Source: Eledone cirrhosa
Lineage: Eukaryota
Direction: 5' to 3'
NCBI GenBank assembly: GCA_964016885.1
Contig: OZ024748.1
Span: 29,264,001 to 29,328,000, forward strand
DNA: 64,000 bases
Part shown: positions 12,335 through 24,085 of the stretch, piece by piece
How positions within the stretch are numbered: position 1 is the first letter of the stretch
Layout of the letters: every line of letters begins with the position of its first letter
Notes under the pieces: generated by a model
Databases searched by the model: none
The model's input: the letters and a program-made list of their open reading frames with translations, nothing else
What the model was told of the DNA's origin: nothing
Translations under genes and position numbers: made by a program

Positions 12335-13383
12335 TATCACCGTTTAACTTCCATTTTTCCATGCTAGCATGGGTTAGACGAGTTGTCCTGCTGTAAGACA
12401 AGCCAGAGCAGATGACAGTGTCTTGCTCATACAGAACTGTTTCTGTCTTTGTTTCTATGGCTGGATGACCTTCCTAATTCTAACCAGATTTACAGTGTGG
12501 ACTGTGTGCTTTTTGTTCTGACACACCTACACAACCACGTTACAGAGGTGGGGCTTCAGAAAGCTCAGTAGCCGAAGTGAGAATGGGATGGAAGAAGTTC
12601 AGGAAATAACTACTGCTGCTAGCTACGAAAGTTTTTCCCATCAAAATGAAGGGCAGATTGTATGATGTGTGCATACAAGCAGCAATGTTGCATGGTGGTA
12701 AAATCTGGGCGTTGTGTGCAGAGGACCTGCGATGATTGGGAAGAAATGAAGCTGGCATGCTTCATTGCATGTGTAATAGTAATATTGATGAATGGCAAAG
12801 CATAAATGAACTGAGAGAGGAACTGGGCATAAGAGGGATCAGATGCTGTGTGCAGGAGAGGAGATTGCATTGGTATGAACATATAATGTGTTTAAGGATG
12901 ACAGCTGTATAAAACGGTGCAGGGCTTTCAAAGTTGATGGAAGCTAAGGAGGGGTAAGACTTGAGATGCAAGGCTGACCTTGCACAATTGTACCTCCCAA
13001 AGACAATTATACTGGATTGAGATCTCCGGCATTATGCAGTAATAGAGAAAACTCGGCTTCCCATATGCACAGGTTGAAGCATACATTCAGTATGCACCAC
13101 TTTCCTCTGCCTAACACTCCACCCGTCATCCATTTACCTACATCCACCTCTCACCTGATAAGTTCCCCACCCCTTGATCTACTTTTCTCATCCCCATGCA
13201 CCTTCTCTACCCAGCCCCCTGGCCACACTGTAAAGTGATTGTTGGTGACACGACAAAAAGTGCCCAGTCCACAATGTAAATGTGGTTGGCGTTAGGAAGA
13301 GCATCCAGCCATAAAAACTAGGCCAACTTGTCTAACCCACGCTAGCATAGAAAAAGGGACATTAAATGGTGATAATGATAATG
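12335..13383. mobile_element. RTE 3' tail (minus, ~12335-12540) abutting decayed RTE 3' fragment (plus, ~12541-13383)
   Basis: GWKKFR..LLL, MKGRLYD, RRLHWY remnants; shared 3' UTR module aaagtgcccagtccacaatgtaaatgtggttggcgttaggaag. Confidence 0.8.
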
Positions 13384-13416
13384 CATACACCAATGTTTGA
13401 ACGACCATACTAGTGC

Positions 13417-13674
13417 ATACACCAATCTCTCTAAGTTTATCAAAATGTCTCTTGTAGAATATACACCATCCTCTGTATATGATAGTTTTGGGACATATAC
13501 CAACCTCTATTTATAACAATGTTGGTGAATACACTAACCTATATATGTTAGTGTTGATGTATGTACATCAACCTCTATACATGACAGTGTTGATGTATCT
13601 GCCATCTTCTATATATGACTGTTGATATATACACCAACCTCTCTAAGTGTATCAAAATATCTCTTGTAGAATAT
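13417..13674. repeat. Degenerate ~34-bp minisatellite bounded by 46-bp direct repeats
   Basis: Recurrent atacaccaacctctat..gacagtgttgatg; atacaccaa.ctctctaagt.tatcaaaat.tctcttgtagaatat at both ends. Confidence 0.7.
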
Positions 13675-13737
13675 GCTTCTAAACACTTTCTTGAAGTAAA
13701 TTGCTAGCTTTGCATCTGATTTAACCCTTATCTTTAG

Positions 13738-13871
13738 GATGTCCTATAAATTCAGAAGAGATATGGGAGTAAACCAGGAAAGATATATTGGCCCTGAATC
13801 AAGACAAGGAGACCCTGACAGACAAAATATATCAGCTCATGATAGGCTGGGCCGAATGAGAAATCCTCTTG
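13738..13871 (+). CDS. SAFB: SAFB-like exon
   Basis: tttag|G..CTTG|gtaagt, phase 2 to 1; MSYKFRRDMGVNQERYIGPESRQGDPDR. Confidence 0.8.
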
Positions 13872-14071
13872 GTAAGTTTTTATTGTATTCTCACTATCAA
13901 CATCATTTAATGTCTGCTTTCCCTGTTAATAAGGGTTGGTGGGTTTAAATAGAAATGTATGTTTGTATGTATGTGTGTGTGTGTGCACAATGTAAATGGA
14001 AACAGCAAAGAAAATAACACAGTACAATGAAGATATATATTAGTTTAATGCTTGGTATAGTAAGAAAAGTG

Positions 14072-14108
14072 TTCTTACGTTTCGGACACTAGTCTTTCAT
14101 CAGAAGAT
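14072..14108 (-). ncRNA. Minimal hammerhead-like motif (degenerate)
   Basis: Minus strand tctt CTGATGA aaGAC tagt GTCc GAAA CGT AAGA; stem I imperfect. Confidence 0.5.
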
Positions 14109-14806
14109 AGAATGAGAAATAAAAGATGAAATAGAAAGAGAGAGAGTGAGAAGAGAAAGGAATGAAAAAAAAAATCTGATTCCTTTTAGAAAAAGCATGT
14201 GTATTCCGTCACCCATTTTGGGGAATGTTGGTCAGTGGGTATTAGAGAGGGTTAGCAAGGGAGATAATCATTGTGTATTTTGAATATGTGTGAGTGTGTG
14301 TGGAGGGGGTTTGTTTGTGCAAAGCTGTGATGGATAGGCATTGGACTATAACCAAGTTGGCTGCTATAAGAGTGTGTATGTATATATATTAGACTGAACA
14401 ATGCACTGAACCAGTAGTAGTAAATCTATCAGCAATAACATTAACAAACTTTTCTCAGAGCCTACAAATTCCATCAATCAAAAGGCAGATTCATCTGCAA
14501 CTAGACATTAGGAAAAAATGAGATTCAGTATCTCATGTTTGTTAGCATCATACCGGTGGCACATCTGCTTGCTTGCATAATGACACCTCGTGGAAACTGT
14601 TAATGATATGACCATTGAAATATATATAATGCAATAAGATAATTATGTAAAACATTTCACATATATATATATATATGTGAATATATATGATATAGAATAA
14701 GGCAATACAAAGTTTAAATGATATAGTCCTTTATTGATAAGGCCGTGATATATATTTCGATGACGACAGTGGCCACACGATTCGGTGTAGTACCCAGTGC
14801 TATGAT

Positions 14807-15292
14807 CTCATGTTAAATAATTGTTTCTAATTTTGGCACAAGGCCAGCAATAACCCAGTACATTACTGGTACTTTATTTTATCGACCCCCGTAAGGATGA
14901 AAGGCAAAGTTAACTTCGACGGGATTTGAACTCAGACTGTAAAGGGACGTAACTATGCTAGAAAGCATGGCGTCCAACCCTCTACCAATACTGCCAATTC
15001 ACCTCATGTTAAATAATTGTTTCTACTTTAGGCACAAGGCCAGCAATTACCCAGTACATTACTGGTACTTTATTTTATCGACCCTGTAAGGATGAAAGAC
15101 AAAGTTAACCTCAGCGGGATTTGAACTCAGACTGTAAAGGGACGTAACTATGCTAGAAAACATGGCGTCCAACCCTCTACCGATACTGCCAATTCACCAC
15201 CCTCATGTTAAATAATTGTTTCTACTTTAGGCACAAGGCCAGCAATAACCCAGTGCATTACTGGTACTTTATCGACCCCTCATGTTAAATAA
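14807..15292 (-). mobile_element. tRNA-derived SINE (second family), tandem array of two full and one internally deleted ~197-bp copies
   Basis: Unit starts ctcatgttaaataattgtttcta at ~14807, 15003, 15202; minus strand has B-box-like gagttcaaatc and ctttgcctttcatcctt..ggggtcgataaaataaagtaccag. Confidence 0.8.
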
Positions 15293-15319
15293 TGATGATA
15301 TATATATATATATTAGTTG

Positions 15320-16745
15320 TTACAAAGGTAATGGGGATACTCTGGAGAGGAGCAATTATAGGGGCATAAAGCTGATGGATCAGGTTATGAAAGAGTACTA
15401 GCACATCTGGTTAGAGAAAGAGTCAAATTAGATGAGATGCAGTTTGGTTTTGTGCCTAGGAAAAGTACAACAGATGCCCTCTTCTTAGTGAGACAACTAC
15501 AAGAGAGGTTCTTAGAGAAGAACAAGCCACTATATTTAGCTTTTGTTGACCTAGAGTAGGCCTGATCTGTCTTCTGGTGGTCCTAAGAAAATTAGGTGTA
15601 GAGGAATGGCTTGTGAGGACAGAGCTGTCAATAAAGTGAGAGTAGAAATGGAGTTTAGTGAGGAATTCCAGATACATGTAGGACTTCATCAGGATTTGGT
15701 CCTCAGCCCACTTTTATTCATTATAGTTCTCCAGGACATTAAGACTGGCTGCCCATGAGAACTTCTCTATGCTGACGATCTGGTACTTATAGCAGAATCA
15801 GTAGAGGAGCTAGAGAATAAATTCCTGCTGTGGAAACAGCAGTTGGAATCAAGGGGACTGAGAGTGAACCTAGTAAAGACTAAAGTATTGATAAGTAGGA
15901 AAGAGGACAAAATTCTGATTTCATCAGGGAAATGACCATGCTCGATATGTAGAAAAGGAGTTGGCATAAGCTCTATAGATTGTACACAATGCAGATCTTG
16001 GGTACACAAGAGGTGTAGTGGGATAGCAGGCAAACTAACAGGAAAGGAAAACTTCATATGTAGATGTTCAGGGAAAATTGGTAGTAGCAGTGTCAGTGAT
16101 AGGCACATTTTTCAAATGCAGGTAGGATCTATAGAGGTGGTTGATATCTAGGTGATCAAAATAGCAAAGGAGGAAGATACTCCGAGGCCATGGTATCTAG
16201 AATAAGGACAGGATGGAAGAAGTTTAGGGAGCTACTTCCTCTGTTGACAACAAAGGGTTTCTCTCTGCGAACGAAAGGCTGGTTGTATGATGCCTGTCTG
16301 AGATGAGATGTACAATGCTGCATGGTAGTGAGACATGGGCAGCAACTGCGGAGGATATGCGAAGGCTGGAGAGAAATGAAGCAAGTATGCTCCAATAGAT
16401 GTACAATGTCAATGTGCGTGAACAACCAAGCATGGACGAGTTGAGAGTGAAACTGTGTATAAGAGGAATAAACTGTTGTGTGCGGGAGAGAAGACTGCGT
16501 TGGTATAGCCATGTGATGTGCATGGATGATGGCCAGTGGGTGAAGAAGTGCCAAATAATCCCAGTGGAAGGAAGACTATGGTAAACATGGATGGAAATTG
16601 TGAGAACTGACCTCAGATGGCTGAAGCTCACGGAGGAGATGATGAAGGACCGTGACAAATGGAGAGATGCTGTGCTAATAGGACCCTTCCCACCCTTGCA
16701 AGCAGGGAAAAGCGAATGTAAAATGGGGGTGATGATGATGCGGAT
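15320..16745 (+). mobile_element. Decayed RTE LINE 3' portion
   Basis: Close to 58770-60266 with many indels and stops; tail cccacccttgcaagcagggaaaagcgaatgtaaaatg..gatgatg. Confidence 0.9.
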
Positions 16746-17173
16746 GAGGATATAGTTTATAATGATAATAGATATTTGTTTAGATTACCTGCTGGTTTCA
16801 AGCATAGAGTATGTTACCACCGTTTAAAATCCAATTTCCACATGAAAAAGGCAAGCAGCCTAAAGAAATGTTGTATAATATCGTTATAAATACTATATAA
16901 CATTTTAATAGATATAGTGATCACTTACATCTTGTTGAATATTTTGCTACACTCACTCACATCTACATACACACATCTTCTATTCAGCTGTCTTTTATAT
17001 GATTCTCTCACTCCTGTTTCTTCCCTCACCCTTATTTCTCTTCTTATTGCCCTCTCTCTACTGTTTTCAACACTTTCCTCTTTAAATAATTATTGTTGTT
17101 CTGTACTGAAAAGTTGATATTTTTCATATTTGTGATTTATTTGAAAATATGTTTTTTTTTGTGTTCCTGTTAG

Positions 17174-17541
17174 TTGGTGAACCTGACCAAAGACCTCCAT
17201 GGAGTTCTGGCAGCATGGGAAGGAAAGTCGACAGCTGGTCTCACATGCATGGAGACATGGACAACAGTAGCATGAACCGATCAAATGACCAGTGGCATGG
17301 GAACAACATAAACCCAACAGGTCGTGATGCCAGTGGGGCATTTGTTGACCATGGTAATAGAGCTGGTAATAGTGGAGGGATGGTGCAAAACATGGGACCT
17401 GATAACATGTATGGCAACTCTCAGTCACAGGGTGGGCTTACAATGGTTTCACACGGTGATGGTGGTGGTGGTGGTAATAACATGAGTGGACGTATACAAG
17501 AACCTCGCTTTGATGCTTATAATGTTATGGGATCAATGTGA
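17174..17541 (+). CDS. SAFB: SAFB-like terminal coding exon (G/M/N-rich)
   Basis: tgttag|TT phase 1; ends IQEPRFDAYNVMGSM*; frame consistent across all preceding exons. Confidence 0.85.
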
Positions 17542-17959
17542 AAATTAAACAGGGTGGATGGAATCTGAGGCATAGTTTATAAAACTCTACCCTACAGCTA
17601 TATATCACCTACATCCTCCATTTCTGAATTAATGCTTGGTTCCAGAATATCCAATCATTTTTCTGACCTTCCATATGTTAACACACACATACATATATAA
17701 ACAAACACAGCCTTCTCTCTATCTCCACATTCTCCATTTCCCAATTATACTGACTTAATATATTTCGTGTGTTGCTATAGTTTATTTCTATAACCTCATT
17801 CAACACACGCATATCACACAGTTGAATGTATTAATCAAAGAGAAGGAGGAGGAGAAATCAGATAGATTGTATTTATGAAAGAGGGGGAGAAGAGGAAAAA
17901 GAGCAACTATAGAATGTAATAATGAATTGGAAGAGACCAGAGAATGTAATATATGGAGA

Positions 17960-17965
17960 AATAAA
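17960..17965 (+). promoter_or_regulatory. Likely polyadenylation signal of the SAFB-like gene
   Basis: AATAAA followed by a GT/T-rich tract from 18001; second AATAAA at 18191. Confidence 0.6.
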
Positions 17966-19399
17966 ATTTATTCATTGTAAAATACACAAATGGTGTTAAT
18001 GTTGTCTGTTGTTCTTTCTTTTTTACCTTTTACCTTTGTTTTTCTCTCTTCTGTTCTCCATTACTTAGTTGCCAACTTCATTTCATGTTGCTTTTCATGA
18101 TAAGACTGGGACTCCTATCTTTAAAACGCCCAAGAAATCTCCTACAAGATTCAACTTTGTAGGCAATTTCTGTACATAATCAGCCAAAGAAATAAAAATG
18201 AATGGTATCAAATTGATGTATATATGTAAATTCAGAATGATCTATTTAATACAAGAAAATGATTGTAAATTGATGTAATTTAATGTAAAATTAAATTGGT
18301 AGTTAATGTCTAATGCATGTCATTGTGTACAGCAATTGTTGAATTTCTGCGAAACTTAATAGAAACTGAATACAAAAGAAAGCCAGGTTTGCAAATGAAT
18401 TTAGTGAATTTATAACGCTGAACAATGAAATCTGCATATGTTGAGTAGAAAGACAAATATGTTTCTTTTAATTCGAGGTCAGCATTGATTAAATAGATTT
18501 ATGATCAAATTAATTCAAGCCATGACCATCTTTTTTTGCAGGTATGTAGAAATAGGGTGCGATTTGAGTGGTATTGAGCTGTTGTTTCTAGTGGTTCAGG
18601 CGACCATGTAGAAATTCTCTAGTTTAGACCAAGGGTGTTTTCATGAGCTGTGAGTATATATTGGAAAGAAATTCAGACATATTAAACTGATATGGATGAT
18701 GTATGAAAGCATGCATACCAGATTTTTCTATTAGAAATGAAAGTAATTTGGAGGGTTTTTACACCAAGTTAGAATGGAAGGTATAATTTAAATAACAAAC
18801 TAGAAGAGAGAAAATGATGACTGTCAAATGAAGAAAAAAACATTCTGGGGAGTGAAGACCCTCATACACCACAACAAAAGATGTTAGAGATTCCCTCCAA
18901 CAATTTTTGAGGAAACCTAACACACTTGCAGCATTGCTTTATATGGCTTTAAGTTGTACAAGAAGGAAGGAAAACTTAAAATTTCTTTTGAAGGAAACAA
19001 GCAATCATGGCTTGTTAGTTGTGGATACATTTTTCACAAAAAAATTTATAATAAAAGAATTATTAAACTAAAAACTTGTTTTTGTACCCTTTTTATATAT
19101 AAAATATTACAATTAACTGCCGTCATTTTTACAGCGCAGGGCCAGTTAGTAATATATAATGTTATTAAAATACTCCTAAGTATATAACTGTGACTACCAG
19201 AATGTAACTATTTCAGTTTTAGCACACACCCTCACATTGTATTTATAAAACTCAACAAATGGCACTGAGGTGGGATGTAAAATGCATGGATTTCACCAAA
19301 TATTTGTGGGGAGGGGACCACTTTTTGTTACCATACTACTAGCGAAATATAATGTCATTAAATATTGATAAGTAATCCCTTAGTATAATCCTTGATAGG

Positions 19400-20040
19400 G
19401 CTTGATTGCCTCAAGGTTTTCCTGTAGTTGTTCGAGGTTTGCCATCTTGGATAGAAAAGTGGGCTGGAAAGCTAGATCTGTAACAGGGTTTCTTAGGAAA
19501 TACCATGCCAATAGGGGAGGGGAAGGACTCAGTGAACAGGTCTACTGTCGGCTGATATCATGTAGCTGTATGATTGAGAATTCAAAGCTGTTGGCAAGGA
19601 GGACCATATGACCAAGTTTCTCAATGACGGTCATCGTAGTATTAAAAACCTTATCTGGAGGTTTCTTTCAAACAAGTATCATCAAGATACCAGACATTCA
19701 AATCCAGGTCACCAAAGGTAGGTAGGAGGACTCTCTATAATCCTGCCAAACAAAGTAGTAGATCTGTGGGACCCTCTCCTTTATTAAGCCGATAGAGTTG
19801 AATGCATTCTTAAAATTAAGTTTGAGGACAATGCCCAAATGGTAAGTTGGTGAAAGCTCTTGTGATGGCTCACAACCCAGCTGAATAGCAGAAAATGCTA
19901 TTTTTGCTGTGAGACGCCGCAGTGTAGCCAATTGCAATGGGCATGAGTTTGTCATTCGACTTTGCGACGCCAAAAAATAAATGTAGGGGAGGAAACTCTC
20001 AGATGACAACGTTGTCAAACTGATAGGCACAAACAATTGT
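19400..20040 (-). mobile_element. Highly decayed CRE-like non-LTR RT fragment
   Basis: TLRRLTAK, QLG, LKLNFKNAFNSI (LKLDF.NAFN motif) in ORF 19698-20048. Confidence 0.6.
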
Positions 20041-20204
20041 ATTTGCACATTTATAGTTATACAAATAAAATAAAATTATTAAGTTCCATAATATAAAATA
20101 TTATGACACCCACACAATCAATGGACAATGTTATTTTTCTTAAATTTAAATGAAATACAAATAATTAAATAATGGAGTGGCGACTATTATTGTAAGTTCA
20201 TACT

Positions 20205-20221
20205 TGTGCCATCTAGTGGCA
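20205..20221. promoter_or_regulatory. CTCF-like binding motif
   Basis: TGTGCCATCTAGTGGCA matches the CTCF core GCC(A/C)(T/C)CT(A/G)GTGG; ~180 bp upstream of the SAP exon ATG. Confidence 0.6.
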
Positions 20222-20401
20222 ACAGTAGAGGAAGTAGGCTCTACGTTATCATAAGTAAAAGGGGGTTAACTCATTTTGCGTGTAACTATTAAAAAGTGTA
20301 TTAACTGTAAATACATTTTTAAAGCTTTCTCTTTATATGATGTTATCCACCGTAGTGAGCACTTAAATCTTTCAAAATTCATTTACATATATCTAAACTA
20401 T

Positions 20402-20530
20402 ATGATGGCCAAGGCTAGTGGTGAGATCACCAGCGACAAGTTAAAAGATTTAAAAGTTGTGGATCTCCGCAGCGAACTGGAAAAACGAGGACTAGACAAG
20501 ACTGGAGTGTTGTTGGAACGATTAGGAAAG
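20402..20530 (+). CDS. First coding exon of a second SAFB-like gene (SAP domain)
   Basis: MMAKASGEITSDKLKDLKVVDLRSELEKRGLDKTGVLLERLGK|gtaag; SAP pattern L..LKV.DLR.EL.KRGL..G..L.ERL. Confidence 0.8.
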
Positions 20531-20899
20531 GTAAGATATATGTATATAATTATAATAGACTTTGACTATGTCCACGTATTGTTTATATATGTAGTATTAT
20601 AATATATAATGTTATTGATTTGTGGAAATTTCAAAGCACAAAAAAAGACACCCTAAGATCAAAATAAACATACAAAGACTCAAAGAAAATTATGCGATTT
20701 TACCGTGGAAGAATCACGGTAGCCATTTTAAACACAAACCGTTATGCCTTTGTCATTTGTTTTATTTTATGAATATGTAGTATTTTACAACATTTCAAAA
20801 TCCTTTGTTGCACATTCACCGATACCTGGTTATTATCTCTTATTTCACTGCGTGCAGCAATTTAATGGAAAATAATTCTATTAGTTTGGGGTTCTTCAC

Positions 20900-21820
20900 T
20901 CTTCAAAGAGGTGCAGAGAATACTTTGCTGATCTCCTAAACCCGATCACAACAGCATCTTCTGATGTACATGATGTGCATCTGGGAGCAGTGACTAATCT
21001 CTTGGAGGCTGAGGTCACAAGAGCTGTTAAAGAGCTTAAATATGGCAAGGCCGCTGGGGAAGATGAAATCCTGCCCGAGATGTTAAAAGCCTTAAATAGA
21101 GAAGGTATTCTCTGGCTGACTCGTGTGTGTCAGGTAGACTGGGTCTCTAGAAAGGCACCTAAATAATGGCAATCGGAAATGATAATCCCAATTTTCAAAA
21201 AGCTAGACAAGAGATTGTATCAATCACAGGGGGATCTCCTTGTTAAGCCTCCCCTGTAAAGTCTATGCTAAGTGTCAGGCAAAAAAATGCAGGGACATTG
21301 TCTAGTCCAAGCTAGCTGAGGAACAGTGCGGTTTACACCCCGGACGTAGCAGGTCTTCGAGAAATCGGTTGAGTATTGCTAAGATTTATATTCTTGTTTT
21401 GTTGATCTTGAAAAGGCATATGAGCGCGTTCCTCAGGACCTGCTGTGGAAGGTCGTGCAGGAATATGGAATTCATGGTCAGCTTCTTGCTGCCTTGATGT
21501 CTGTATACGAATGCCCAAGTATTTTTGTTTAGATAAATGGTGCTAAATCGAAATTATTCAATGTAGGAGTCGGACTCTGCCAAAGGGGTGCATTGTTTCC
21601 TCTGCTATTCATTAATTTAATGAACAAAATTGACATGCACAGTTGACTGGAATTTGCAGATGACAAGGTGTTACTTGACTCGACAGAAGGTGATTTCCAA
21701 CTTGCACTTGATAGGTTTGATGCCAAGTGCTGCATGGCTGGAATGAAAATCAGTGCTACAAGTAAGCCTGTGCAGTGCACTCTACATGTGAATGGAGTTC
21801 CATGAAGCAGGTAGAGAAGT
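20900..21820 (+). mobile_element. Decayed RTE-like LINE (different subfamily)
   Basis: AEVTRAVKELKYGKAAGEDEILPEML, FVDLEKAY, VGLCQ..LFPLLF, FADD remnants. Confidence 0.8.
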
Positions 21821-21947
21821 TAAATGTCTATATAAAAACATTAGTTAATATTTTGTTATTACTGTTGTCTTATTTAGGATTTATCTACAGAATTTCATAT
21901 GCATGTAAACTTTTCTGTGAATTTACTTCAAATGTTGACATTTTTAG

Positions 21948-21990
21948 GAACTCTGTGAAGAGAAACTTATGGAGGAAAGCCAACCCGTTC
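21948..21990 (+). CDS. Candidate exon 2 of the SAP-domain gene
   Basis: ttttag|GAA..C|gtaagt; ELCEEKLMEESQPV, phase 0 to 1. Confidence 0.55.
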
Positions 21991-22369
21991 GTAAGTATCA
22001 CAATTATATAAATCAAGTGATGTGTGTGTGTATATGTGTATGTGTGTGTGTTTGAGTATGTGTAGCTTCCTTTAATTTGGACAAGTGATATGTATGTAAC
22101 AGTATAATGTTGTCATATAGTGGTATGTTCAAGTCTGTGTAACTTTGTTTAGATGTGGGTAACACAATATTATGTCATGCATTGGCATGTTTGTAAATGT
22201 ATTTTAGATTGTGTAAATGTTTAGATTGTGTAACACTGTATGTAACGGTATTATATTTAGATGTGGGATGTGTGTAATTGTATTTTAGACTATGTTTAGA
22301 TATGTGTAACTCAGTATTATATTATATGGTAGTGTATGTCTTGGTCTAATGTATTATTCTAATTTCCAG

Positions 22370-22401
22370 AAAATGAACTTACTACAGACAATATGGATGA
22401 G
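22370..22401 (+). CDS. Candidate exon 3 of the SAP-domain gene
   Basis: ttccag|AA..GAG|gttggt; QNELTTDNMDE, phase 1 to 0. Confidence 0.45.
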
Positions 22402-22494
22402 GTTGGTGAACTTTATCAATATATTTTTTAAATTGATGTCTTCCTCTATAGACACATACAATAGGTGCAGGCATGGCTGTATGAATAATCCTGA

Positions 22495-22655
22495 TTGTCT
22501 CTGGTTCTGTGAAACCAACCCATCTAAGACTGGCTCTGGTTCTATGATACCAACCCAACTATGACTGGCTCTAGTTTTACGATACCAACCCAGCTAAGAC
22601 TGACTCTGGTTCTATGATACCAGCTTAACCAAGACTGACTCGGATTCTATGATAC
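22495..22655. repeat. 35-bp minisatellite, resumes at 23365-23412
   Basis: ctggttctatgataccaacccaactatgactggct at 22501, 22536, 22571, 22606. Confidence 0.85.
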
Positions 22656-23200
22656 CAATACAAATGTCGCTGCGGATCCACCGTGGACTCTTTCGACCTC
22701 CACCCGCTTTCCTGTCGCTACAGTGCCGGCCCCCTTCCACACCATACCGCCCTCAACGGGGTCATAAAGCATGGCTCCGATGCTGCAGGCTTCCCTCCCG
22801 GCTCGAGCCGGTGGGGCTGGACCATCTTCCCATTCCACGGTGGCAAACCTCGCGTCTGGGATGCCACTTGCAGCGACACTTTCTCCAGCTGCAACCTGGT
22901 GCAGTCTGCAACTAACCCAGGTTCTGCTGCACTTTGAGCTGAGGAGGGCAAACTCTCCAAGTATCAGTTGCTCTCTGACAGGTTTGCGGTTGAACCCCTA
23001 GCAGTAGAGACTTCTGGTGTCCTTGGCCATAGGGCTACCTCCCTATTTACCACCAGTGGTGCTAAGTTGGCTAGCCGCAGGTGTGAACCTCATGAGATGG
23101 AATGGCTCTACTAGCGCACCTCCTTTACCATCCACTAGGAAAATGCCTTCTCCATTCTGTCCGCTGAGGCCATGGGGCGACCAGCATGTGGGACCCCATT
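22656..23200 (+). mobile_element. 3' fragment of a CRE-like retrotransposon (Zn knuckle + restriction-like endonuclease)
   Basis: CRCG..DSFDLHPLSC, HTALN, WDATCSDT, K.SKY, PLAVETSG.LG with frameshifts. Confidence 0.8.
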
Positions 23201-23759
23201 TGCTTATAATACAGAGAGATGGAGGGGATGACAGTGGGAGTTTGGCTCTTCCGTGTTTGGACCTAGTGTGCAGCGTCAGTTGTCCTTAGGGAGGTAGAGG
23301 TTTGTACTTAACGAAGGTTTTTAGAATGTTTGCGATTCCTGTATGAGCTAGACAAGTAAACATTGGCTACCAACCCAACTATGACTGACTCTGCTTTTAT
23401 GATACCAACCCAAAAATCATTTAGAAAATAATCAAGAATCTGGAGATATTTAGTAACAAAACTTATTATGAATCTGGTGTTCAGAACATAACTAAATTTC
23501 TTACACAAAATTATTATGGAATGTTATTAAATAAATACTTTAAAATAAATTGATTTGTATCATAGAATTAGATACATTTCCAAGTGTTTTTGTTTTAAAA
23601 TTGTTAAAATATATTTGTAAAATTTGTGTAACTATGATAAGCTGTTAAAATTACTAGCCACTAATTAATAAATTACCAAACCAAACAATTTAATTCTACT
23701 ATGTCTATGTATTGTATATCATCAATTGTTGTTATCAAATATTTTCTTCTCCTTTTTAG

Positions 23760-23793
23760 GAAGAAGCTGATGATACATTAAAGGATACCACAG
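23760..23793 (+). CDS. Candidate exon 4 of the SAP-domain gene
   Basis: Long pyrimidine tract, tttag|GAA..CAG|gtagga; EEADDTLKDTT, phase 0 to 1. Confidence 0.55.
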
Positions 23794-24085
23794 GTAGGAA
23801 ATTTCAGTTTCAGTAAATTTTCTAAAATAATTGATTAGGTTGAAACTCTGTTGGAGGCTGAGGTAGTTATCACTGTTAAAGCTAGGTAGAGACCGTATAT
23901 ACTCAAATATCTGCGAAATGGGCAAAAATCCAAACCCCATTTATAAGCTGAGGCAGCTAATATACAAATTTAGATAGCATTGTTTTGAAGTTCTCATGAG
24001 TATAAATTATATTTATGAAGTTTTAATATTTTGATGTTTTAAGTGTCATTTAGAATATTTTTGTTTCACAAAAGTTGTCATGTCT

